From the NCBI GenBank assembly GCA_963762255.1, contig CAVXKA010000003.1:448001-512000 (forward strand): a stretch of 64,000 nt of DNA, read 5' to 3'. Both the position numbers and the translations under genes were made by a program. Positions 55,005-64,000 of the stretch are shown here, in pieces (the stretch's first letter is position 1; each line of letters opens with the position of its first letter). Below the pieces are notes generated by a model. It made no database searches, was not told where the DNA came from, and was given only the letters and a program-made list of their open reading frames with translations. Origin of the DNA: Candidatus Eiseniibacteriota bacterium. GTDB taxonomy: Bacteria; Eisenbacteria; RBG-16-71-46; JABDJR01.

Positions 55005-58000
55005 ATGCCGAGCCCGATCGAGCCTACCCCCCTTGACCCGGAGTCCGGGGCCTCACCCCCGGTTCGGTTCCTGAGCAACGGACAGTACGTCTGCCTGATC
55101 ACCGCGACGGGGACGGGGTATTCGCGCTCGGGGGAGAACACCCTCACCGCCTGGAGCGGGGATCGGGTGGAGGACCGCCAGGGACTCTTCGTCTACCTCC
55201 GAGACGCGGAGAGTCGGGTCGGTTGGTCCCTGGCCCATTGGCCGGCCCCCATCGAGGAGCATCCCCTTCGCGCGCATGGGACGCCGGGGCGCTTCGGACT
55301 CGCGCGCACCGCCGAAGGGATCGAGGCGAGACTCGAGGCATGTGTGGTGCCGGACGCGGATGCTGAGATCCGGCGGCTTACCCTCATCAATCACTCCCCG
55401 AGTCGCCGCATCATCGAACTCACGACCTACGCCGAGGTCGTCCTCAACGACTTGGCAGCGCACGTCGCCCACCCTGCCTTCTCCAAGCTCTTCGTGCAGA
55501 CCGAGTACGTGCCCGCCCACCGCGCCCTGCTCGCCCGACGCCGACCGCGCGCGCAGGGAGAGCATCACCCGTGGCTGGTTCATGCCCTGCTTGGCACCGG
55601 CGAACCGGAAGTGGAGACCGATCGCGCGCGCTTCCTCGGGCGGCGCGCGCCCTCCGAGATCCCGGAGGCGCTCGCCACCAACGATCCGCTTTCCGGAACG
55701 ACGGGCAACGTCCTCGATCCCATCGTGAGCCTGCGCTGGAGGGTCGCGATCGAAGCGGGGGCGACGGCGCGCTGTGCGTTTCTGCTCGGCGTCGCCGACG
55801 ACCGCGACAAGGCGCTCGCACTTGCGGAACGATTCGCGGCCGAAGACCGCGTGGAGGCGGCGTTCGTCGCTGCAGAGGTCGCGGAGCGCGATCGCACCAC
55901 AGGCGCGGGGCTTTCCGAGACCGAGGCCGAGGCCTGCCAGGCCGTGGCCGGAGCGATGCTCTTCGGTGACCCCACCCTACGGCCGGCGCCGGCAGAGCTC
56001 GCTCTCGCGCATGGCGACCTGAACGATTTGAGCCGCCTCGGAGTCTCACCGAAGAGACCCTTCGCGGTGGCGAACCTCGAGCGCCCGACGGCCGCGGCCC
56101 ACCTCGGCGACCTTCTCAAAGCCCACCGCTACTGGCGCTCGCTCGGGCTGCCGATCGACCTCGTGCTCGTGCACGCGGGCGCGGCTCCTGCCGAGGTGGA
56201 GAGCCTTCCCTCCGGCCCCGATCGCCCGCTGCTCGTGTCGGCCGGGGACATCTCACCTGTCGAAATGGATCTCCTGGACGCCGCGGCGCGGTGGGCAGTG
56301 GCGGAATCGCCGATCGCCGCGGCCTCGCGACTTCGCGTGATCCGCTCCGGCGATATCCTCACGGCGCCGCGCCGACCGCACTCACGACACACATCCCCCA
56401 CTCACGCGAATGGGTCCGGCAGACCCGACGGCAGCGATCTCCTGTTCTTCAACGGCTTCGGCGGATTCTCGCCGGCCGGGGACGAGTACGTGATCCGCCT
56501 CGGCGGCGAGGCGCCGCGCCCGCCGCGGCCATGGACCAACGTCATCGGGAGCGAGCGCTTTGGGTTCATCCTGAGCGAGACCGGCTCCGGCACCACCTGG
56601 AGCGGCAACAGTCGCGAGCACCGGCTGACTCCCTGGAGCAACGACGCGGTGCTCGATCCGCACGGGGAGGCGTTCTACATCCGTGACGAAGACACCGGCG
56701 CGTACTGGTCGCCCTTGCCCGGTCCCACGCCCGGCGACGGCACGTACGAGATGCGGCATGGTTTCGGCTTCAGCGCCTGCACCCACGTCTCCGGAGGGCT
56801 CGCGTTCGAGACCGCCCTGTTCGCGGCGCGCGAAGACCCGGTGCGGATCACCGTCCTGCGCATCGTCAACCGCAGCCGCAGGACGCGCCGGCTTTCGCTC
56901 TTCGCCTACTATCGCCTCGTGCTCGGTGTGCTCGCCGAAGACAGCGGGCGTTTCGTCGTCACCGAAATAGACCCCGCCTCGAAGGCGGTCTTCGCGCGCA
57001 ATCGCACCGCGGGGGCGTTCGCCGAGGCGGTGACCTTCGCAGCCGTCGCGGCCTCCGAAGGAGTGCGCGCCGTGCATACGACGGGCGATCGCGAGAGCTT
57101 TATCGGCCGCGGAGGCAGTACGGCCGCGCCGCGAGCGCTGCGCGACGCCGCTCCCCTCGACGGTCGCATCGGGGCGGCCCTGGATCCGTGCATCGCCCAG
57201 CAGGTCGTGTTGGAGATCCCCGCCGAGGGCACCCGCGAGGTCGTCTTCTTGTTCGGCGAGGCTCGGAGCGCCGCCACGGCCCGCGAGGTCGTCGCCCGCT
57301 TCGCCGCACCCGGAGCCGCATCCCACGCGCTCGAATCGGTGCGCGACTTCTGGCGGCAAGGCGTTTCCGGGATGCGCGTGTCCACGCCCTTCCCCGCCCT
57401 CGATCTCATGATGAACGGCTGGCTCCCCTATCAGACGTTGGCCTGCCGCATCTGGGGGCGCTCCGCCTTCTACCAGTCGGGCGGCGCGTACGGGTTCCGC
57501 GATCAACTCCAGGATACGGCCGCGCTCGTGACCCTCTGGCCGCAGCTCACTCGCGGACAGATCCTGCTCAACGCCGCCCACCAGTTCGCGGAGGGGGACG
57601 TGCTCCACTGGTGGCACCCTCCCCTCTCGCGGGGCATCCGCACTCGCTTCGCCGACGACCTCGTGTGGCTTCCCTACCTCACCGCGCACTACGTCCGCAC
57701 CACCGGGGACGTCGCGGTGCTCGACGAGCACGTGCGTTTCCTCACCGCGCCTCCGCTCGCGCCGGGAGAGGACGAGGCTTATCTGGAGCCACAGGATTCC
57801 GGGGAGTCGGCCGACCTGTACGACCACTGCTGCCGCGCCCTCGACCGCGCGCTCACCCGGGGTCGCCACGGCCTGCCTCTCTTCGGCAGCGGCGACTGGA
57901 ACGACGGCATGAACCGCGTCGGCCGGGAAGGCAAGGGCGAGAGCGTCTGGATGGCCTTCTTCCTTTTCGCGGCGATCGGCGACTTCTTGCCGCTCTGCGA

Positions 58001-58900
58001 GCGGCGGGGCGACTCGGAGCGTCTGCGCCGCTACCGCACCTATCGCGACGAGTTGGCCGGGGCCATCGAAGCCACGGCCTGGGACGGCGCGTGGTACCGT
58101 CGCGAGCGTATTACGACGACGGCACACCGCTCGGGTCGAAAGACAGCGACGAGTGCCGGATCGACGCGCTCGCGCAGGCGTGGGCGGTGATCTCGGGGGC
58201 GGCGCCTCGGGAGCGCGCCGAGCAGGCCATGGACGCGGTCGAATCGCAACTGATCTCGGAGGCGGAGGGGCTCATCCGGCTCCTGACCCCGCCCTTCGAC
58301 CGGACACCGCACGACCCCGGCTACATCAAGGGATACGTTCCCGGGGTTCGCGAGAACGGCGGCCAGTACACGCATGCCGCGCTGTGGGTCGTGCGCGCGT
58401 TGGCCGAGTTGGGGCGCAACGATCGCGCGGCGCGGCTCCTCGACATGCTCAACCCGGTGAACCACGCGCGCACGCCCGAAGAGGTCGCGATCTACCAGGT
58501 GGAACCCTACGTCGTGGCCGCCGACGTGTACGGAGCGCCCCCGCACGTCGGCCGCGGCGGGTGGACGTGGTACACCGGATCCGCGGGATGGATGTACCGG
58601 GTCGCCTTGGAGTCGATTCTGGGATTCACCGTCGAGGGGGGCGACACGCTGGTGCTGGCGCCCTGCGTGCCCGATGAGTGGCCGGAGTTCACGATCGAGT
58701 ATCGCGTACCCGAAGAGGACACGCGCTACGAGATCATCGCCCGCAACCCGCACGGCGAGGGACGCGGAGCGGCGGCGGCCACGCTGGACGGCAAGCCCGC
58801 CGCCGTCGTGAACGGCGCGGCGCGCATTCCCGTTGCGCACGACGGCCGCCTCCACCGGGTCGCAATCGTTCTCGGCGCCGGCCGGGAGCGCACCTCATGA
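55005..58900 (+). CDS. GH94 glycoside phosphorylase resembling the C-terminal phosphorylase region of cyclic beta-1,2-glucan synthase; frameshift near 58105
   Basis: Two GT36-type beta-sandwich modules (LSNGQY, AHPAFSKLFVQTE, PWTNVI, RLTPWSND); catalytic domain YQSGGAYGFRDQLQD, GDWNDGMN, GYVPGVRENGGQYTHAA and GRGGWTWYTGSAGW. Confidence 0.88.
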
Positions 58901-60265
58901 GCGCCGCCGTGAACCCATCGATCCGGTTCCCCGAGAGCTTCCTGTGGGGAGCGGCGACGTCGGCCTATCAGATCGAGGGCTCCCCCCTCGCCGACGGCGC
59001 CGGTCCGAGCAACTGGCACCGCTTCGCGCACTCTCCCGGGCGAACCGCCGGCGGCGAGACCGGCGACGTGGCCTGCGATCACTATCGCCGCTACGCGGAG
59101 GACGTCGCGCTGCTGGGCGAGTTGGGGGTGAACGCATACCGTTTCAGCGTGTCCTGGAGCCGCGTGCTGCCAGAGGGACGCGGGACGGTGAACAGCAAGG
59201 GGCTCGACTTCTACGCGCGTCTCGTCGACATGCTCCTTGCACGCGGCATCCGCCCCTGCATCACCCTCTATCACTGGGATCTCCCCGCCGCACTCGACGA
59301 TCGCGGCGGCTGGCAGAACCGGGACATTGCGGAGTGGTTCGCCGACTACGCGCGGGTGATGTTCCGAGCGTTCGGGGACCGCGTTTCGATGTGGGCGACT
59401 CTGAACGAACCCTGGGTGGTGATGGACGCGGGTTACCTCCACGGTGTCCACGCCCCGGGCCATCGCAGCGTGTTCGAGGCGCCGCTCGTCTCCCACAACC
59501 TGCTGCGCGCGCACGGCGCGGCGGTCGAGGCATTTCGCGCGGCGGGGCGGGGACAGATCGGATTGGTGGTGAACCTGGAGCCCAAGGTCGCGGCGTCGGA
59601 GGCCGAGGAGGATCTCGCCGCGACTCGGCGGGCCGACGCCGTACATGAACCGCCAGTATCCTCGACCGGTCTTCTTCGGCCGCTATCCGGAAGAGCTTGC
59701 CGCGATCTTCGGCGAGGCCTGGCCGGAGTTCCCCGCCGGGGATTTCGATCGGATCGCCGCGCCGATCGACTGGCTCGGCATCAACTACTACACGCGGTCG
59801 GTGACGCGGCACGACGACAACGCGCTTCCCGTGCGCGCGAGCGGCGTGCCGCAGGAGGACGCGCTCCGCACCGAGATGGGCTGGGAAGTGCACCCGGAGA
59901 GCCTCACGCGCGTGCTCCTCTGGGTGAGGCAGCGCTACGGCAAGATCCCGCTCTACATCACCGAGAACGGCGCCGCGTTCGCGGATCCACCGACGGCGCC
60001 GGCGGGAGGGGTCGAGGATCCCCTGCGTGTGGAGTACTACCGATCTCACTTGCGGGCCGCGCACGAGGCGATCCGGCAGGGAGTGGACCTCCGCGGTTAC
60101 TTCGCGTGGTCGCTCCTCGACAACGTGGAGTGGGCCGAGGGCACCACCAGACGATTGGGGCTCGTGCACGTCGATTTCGCGACCCAGAAACGCACGCTCA
60201 AGCGCAGCGGTGCCTTCTACCGCAAGGTCATCCGCACGCGAGGGGCGTCGCTCACCGCCGAATGA
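58897..60265 (+). CDS. GH1 beta-glucosidase; frameshifts at 59640-59670
   Basis: FLWGAATSAYQIEG, YRFSVSWSR, TLYHWDLP, TLNEP (acid/base), ITENG (nucleophile) and WSLLDN.EW; ATGA overlap with the GH94 gene. Confidence 0.92.
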
Positions 60266-63200
60266 TGACGACGGCGGGAAGCGTGCGGACGATGACGTCC
60301 CCGTTACGTTCGGGAGCGGCCGCGCGACCGTTGATCGTGATCTTGCCGGCCGGCCCGCCGAGCGGCGCTCGCACCACGATGCCCCCCGTGGGAACGCGGA
60401 TGCCTTCCTCCACTCGCACCCTGATCTCGTCTCCGTTGCCGGTCATCGTGTAGGCGAGCCGGCCGTAGGGGGTGGGCAGGTTCTTCACCACCACCCCGGG
60501 CTCGGGGGCGAGCCACGAAACAGGAATCCCGGCCGCGATCACCAGGGCATCCTTGCTCTCGTCGACGTACGCGAGCATGTCGAGCATGGAGCGCACGTAG
60601 TCGGATCCGCACCAGGTGTGAGGCAGATCGCCCAGGAAACGCGGCGTGCGCTCGTCGCGCCAGACCACCTCGGGCCACTGCCGCCATCCGACCGGCTTCT
60701 GATAGGCGAGGAAGAAGTCGAGAAGTTCCTGCGCGCGGTCCCGCCAACCCAGGCGCACGAAAGCGCCCAGGTTGCGCATCTCGTAGGGGGTGAAGGCGTC
60801 CCAGGGTCCCCCGTTCGCTCGATCGCGGAAGAACGCGTAGTAGCGCTCGAACGTCGCCTCCAGCGCACCGGGCGGCACGACGTTCCGCGCTTCCACCGGG
60901 GAGAGGGCAATGGTGGTGGAGGTGGCGTCGAAGTCGCCGAGATCGGCGCAGCCTGCCACGTAGTCGATCCGGTGGCGGCGCATGGTCGCACCGATGGAGG
61001 CGGTGAGATCGCCGGCGAACTCGGCGCGGATGGCGTCGAGGCGCGCCGCGTCCTCTGTGAGTCCGGACACTTGAGCCAGGAACGCCGCGTCTTTGAACCC
61101 GCGCAACGCCCAGAAGTCGTCCCAGTAGGAGTGCATGGGCTTGGCCGAATACCCCTCATGGCTGATGGACGGCGGCAAGAGGCCGTAGAACTCGCGCTTC
61201 TCCTCCGCCTCGTACTCCGGCGTGCGCCGCTCGTGACGCAGCGAATCCAGATACGCGGCGGCCCGCAGAACGCGGGGCATCATCTCGGCGAGAAGCGATT
61301 CGTCCTGCGTGTAGCGCCAGTACTCCGCGACGAGAAAGATGAACTCGCCGCTCGAGTCGTGCTCGGGGACAGGGTCCGCGCCGCGCCAGTCGACGACGCA
61401 CGGCGCCTTGCCGTTCTCATACTGATGAGGCGCGTACCAGGTGATGAACTCCTTCACCGGTTCCGGGTGGCCAAGGCGCAGGAGCGCGGACGAGGTCAGC
61501 GCGCCGTCGCGGATCCATGAGCGCGCGTAGGAGCGGGTGCCCGGTTGGATCGCAGGGCCGGCCCGGTTGACGAGGATGTAGCCGAGTTGGCTGCGGAGCG
61601 ATTCGACGGCCGGCTTCGCGGCGTCCGGCACCTCGATGGTGACTCGGTCCGCGGCCGACTGCCACGCCGCGCGGCTCTGCGCGAACTGCTCGGCCACCCA
61701 GGCCATTCCCGCCGAACCACGTCGCCTCGGCGGTGCAGGCGATTCCGCGTAGAGCGGCACCAGAATGTCGATTTCCGTTTCGGCGCCGGGAGCGAGATCG
61801 AGCATGTAGGCCAGAGCCCCCGAGGCGGCCTCGAAGGAATCGCGCGCTTCGGCGGACTGGGGCACGATGCCGACGCGAAGGTATTCGGTCACCACATCGC
61901 CCTGGTCGAAGGGAATCGCACCGAAGCTCCAGGGCTCGGTGAAGCACACGATCTCCCTGTCACCGTTCACCCGGATCGTGCGTCCTTCGCGCGCGATTTC
62001 GCGGATCGGCGCGAACCCACCGGGCATGTTCAGGAACTGCGCGGGGGGATTCACCTGGAAGGGGCGGATCGCCAGGAAGAGCCCGCCGCTCACGCGGCGC
62101 GCCCCCCGGTTGAGGACGCGGTAGCGGGCGATCAGGGATGAGGCGCCGGGGTCACCAACGGCAAACGCGGTGATCGTGAGCGCCAGGTCATCCGCCGACC
62201 ACGCCACCGAGGGGATAGGCAGCGAGCCACGCTCCAGCGACGGGACCGAGTGCACGTCGGCCCAGGTGATGAGCGAGCCGTTCAGGTAGAGGAACGGCTC
62301 GATCGAGAAGCTGCCCTTCCCTGTCTCGAGCATGCCGTCTTCGCTCAAGAGTCCTTCGCTCGCGTCCCCGTCAGCGCCGACCACCGTCCAGTAGACCTGC
62401 TCGCCGCCGATCCCGCGCGGAAACGAACCCCGCTGCGAGTCCTTCGCCACCGCTTCGAAGAACGCGGCGCGACTGGCCGACCACTCGAGGGGCATGACCG
62501 CAACTTCGGCCAGCCCCGCGCCGTAGCCTCCAACGTCGTCGAGCGCGCGCACCCGGAGATGGCGCGATTCGGATTCGGGAAGGTAGAGGTAGTCGCGCCG
62601 GCCGTTCCCGCCGCGCACGGTTCGCAGTTCGCGCCAGGCCGACCCATCGTCCGACGCCTCCACGGTGTAGTCGGCCGCCTGGCGGCCGGTAGCCCAGTCG
62701 AGAACCAAGCCCCCGTACTCGCGTGATTCGAGGAAGTCGAGCGCGAACCATGGCCCCGCGTCGCCGGCCCCGGACGACCAGAAGCTCTCGGAATCTCCGT
62801 CGTGTGCCGCGGCAGGGTCATGGCCGGGCCGTGACGACGACGCGCTTGCCGCCGGCTCGGGCGGGACGGTCCCCGGCGGCGGCAGCGGGGTGAGGGTGAG
62901 GTCGTCGATCCAGACCGTGCCCTCGCCGCCGCTCCCCGCGGTGATCGCAAACTCGATCGCGGCGACGTGCCGGATCTCCCCACCGCCGGCCGGTCCCCAT
63001 GCAAACTGGATCTTGCGTTTCTTGATCGCGAAGACTCGCCAGTCTTCCGGGAACTCCACGTCGCGGCGAACCGACCACCACACGTTCTCTCCGGTTGCGT
63101 CGATCAGCTTGAACTCCAGATGATTGATCGGCGCCCGGCCGCGCACACGGAACGAGAGCGAGTAGTTGTCCGGAAGATCGAGGTCGAACGCCTTGTGCGC

Positions 63201-63434
63201 CACCGCGTAGCCGCCGCCGGTGAACTTGAAATCGAGGCGCATGGCGCGACCGCCGGCCCCGGAGTCGGACCCGATGGCGAGCCGCACTCCGTCGGCGGGA
63301 TGCGCGGACCAACCGCTCACGTCCTCGAACCCGTCCACCAGGACCGGCGTGACGGCGGGAGCGGGTGGACCCGTGCCGGCGCAGGCCAGGGTCAATGCCG
63401 CAAGAAGCGCGCTCCAACCCGGGCGGTGTCGCAT
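60252..63434 (-). CDS. Lipoprotein with CBM-like and discoidin (F5/8 type C) domains and a C-terminal six-hairpin glycosidase-like domain
   Basis: Lipobox LTLAC; F5/8C-like ASASS...A.DGD.ESFW...Y.VE.SDDG..W; catalytic-like YARSWIRDGA, EHDSSGEF and SHEGY...HSYWDDFW. Confidence 0.75.
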   Translation of the reverse strand: MRHRPGWSALLAALTLACAGTGPPAPAVTPVLVDGFEDVSGWSAHPADGVRLAIGSDSGAGGRAMRLDFKFTGGGYAVAHKAFDLDLPDNYSLSFRVRGRAPINHLEFKLIDATGENVWWSVRRDVEFPEDWRVFAIKKRKIQFAWGPAGGGEIRHVAAIEFAITAGSGGEGTVWIDDLTLTPLPPPGTVPPEPAASASSSRPGHDPAAAHDGDSESFWSSGAGDAGPWFALDFLESREYGGLVLDWATGRQAADYTVEASDDGSAWRELRTVRGGNGRRDYLYLPESESRHLRVRALDDVGGYGAGLAEVAVMPLEWSASRAAFFEAVAKDSQRGSFPRGIGGEQVYWTVVGADGDASEGLLSEDGMLETGKGSFSIEPFLYLNGSLITWADVHSVPSLERGSLPIPSVAWSADDLALTITAFAVGDPGASSLIARYRVLNRGARRVSGGLFLAIRPFQVNPPAQFLNMPGGFAPIREIAREGRTIRVNGDREIVCFTEPWSFGAIPFDQGDVVTEYLRVGIVPQSAEARDSFEAASGALAYMLDLAPGAETEIDILVPLYAESPAPPRRRGSAGMAWVAEQFAQSRAAWQSAADRVTIEVPDAAKPAVESLRSQLGYILVNRAGPAIQPGTRSYARSWIRDGALTSSALLRLGHPEPVKEFITWYAPHQYENGKAPCVVDWRGADPVPEHDSSGEFIFLVAEYWRYTQDESLLAEMMPRVLRAAAYLDSLRHERRTPEYEAEEKREFYGLLPPSISHEGYSAKPMHSYWDDFWALRGFKDAAFLAQVSGLTEDAARLDAIRAEFAGDLTASIGATMRRHRIDYVAGCADLGDFDATSTTIALSPVEARNVVPPGALEATFERYYAFFRDRANGGPWDAFTPYEMRNLGAFVRLGWRDRAQELLDFFLAYQKPVGWRQWPEVVWRDERTPRFLGDLPHTWCGSDYVRSMLDMLAYVDESKDALVIAAGIPVSWLAPEPGVVVKNLPTPYGRLAYTMTGNGDEIRVRVEEGIRVPTGGIVVRAPLGGPAGKITINGRAAAPERNGDVIVRTLPAVVIIRR

Positions 63435-63441
63435 CGCCTCG

Positions 63442-64000
63442 TCACTCCTTCACGCCGCCGGCCATGATGCCGCGAATGTAGGCCCGCTGGAAGAGGAGGA
63501 AGACGACCAGGGCGGGGAGGATGGTGAGCACCGAGCCCGCCATCATGAGTTCCGTGTCCTGCACGTGCTCTCCCGAGAGATTGGCCAGCGCCACGGGAAG
63601 CGTGTAGTTGCTGCTGTCGCTCAGGATGATGAGGGGCCACATGAAGTCGTTCCACGCGCTCAGGAAGGTGAACGCGGCCATGGTGACGAGGATCGGCTGA
63701 ATGATCGGCACCACCACTTCGCGGAAGATGCGGAACTCCCCGGCTCCGTCCACGCGCGCGGCGGCCAGGAAATCGTCGGGCACGCCCAGCACGTACTGGC
63801 GGATGAGGAAGATCCCGAGCACGCTGGCGAGGTACGGGACCATGACCCCGGCGTAGGTGTTGACGACGTGCAGCTCGCGGAGCAGGAGAAAGAGCGGCAG
63901 CATCCCCACCTGGGCGGGGATGACCAGAGCCAGGGTGAGCCCGCGGAAGAGCGAGTCCCGCCCGCGGAAGGCGAGCTTGGCGAAGGCGTAGCCCGCCATC
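63442..64000 (-). CDS. Carbohydrate ABC transporter permease (MalG-like); 5' end outside the window
   Basis: AGYAFAKL.F.GR, EAA-like AAARVDGAGEFRIF, WNDFMWPLI and YTLPVAL. Confidence 0.92.
   Translation of the reverse strand, partial: MAGYAFAKLAFRGRDSLFRGLTLALVIPAQVGMLPLFLLLRELHVVNTYAGVMVPYLASVLGIFLIRQYVLGVPDDFLAAARVDGAGEFRIFREVVVPIIQPILVTMAAFTFLSAWNDFMWPLIILSDSSNYTLPVALANLSGEHVQDTELMMAGSVLTILPALVVFLLFQRAYIRGIMAGGVKE

Noticed and set aside
55005-58900. Cyclic beta-1,2-glucan biosynthesis (cgs/ndvB)
   Set aside because: There is no GT84 or transmembrane synthase region in the window, and the context (LacI, GH1, transporters) is catabolic.
27430-59670. Programmed ribosomal frameshifting or phase variation at the split genes
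   Set aside because: The shift sites share no slippery heptamer or long homopolymer, occur in unrelated gene families and cluster locally, which fits consensus error better.

Overview
High-GC bacterial chromosomal window. T9SS-type C-terminal domains, a PorV-like barrel and a C-terminal TWGxIK motif suggest an FCB-related candidate phylum such as Eisenbacteria, Krumholzibacteriota or Latescibacterota; this is inference. No rRNA, tRNA, CRISPR array or transposase was recognised. Left part: a truncated haloperoxidase-like lipoprotein, an MFS transporter, a glutamine synthetase-family gene, a DUF4160/DUF2442 toxin-antitoxin pair with an internally deleted toxin among perfect palindromes, and a tightly coupled four-gene operon (HEAT-repeat Ser/Thr kinase, two PilT-like ATPases, membrane HD-GYP/PP2C fusion). 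Middle: pullulanase, NUDIX hydrolase, queuosine-precursor transporter, sdhCAB, sufBCDUT without sufS, mnmA, cysteine desulfurase, cyclophilin, two TPR proteins, glycogen phosphorylase, ppx and comM. A TolC / two PhnD-like binding proteins / hybrid kinase / receiver operon follows. Right part: a LacI-associated, probable beta-1,2-glucan utilisation locus. It has a TonB receptor with no SusD, a large unknown secreted protein, a PorV-like protein, GH144, a stand-alone GH94 phosphorylase, GH1, a discoidin/six-hairpin lipoprotein and an ABC permease. At least seven genes right of 27 kb carry 1-2 nt frameshifts, most likely assembly errors. The best candidates for undescribed systems are the kinase-PilT-PilT-phosphatase operon, the SusD-less TonB/PorV cassette and the TolC-SBP-kinase module.
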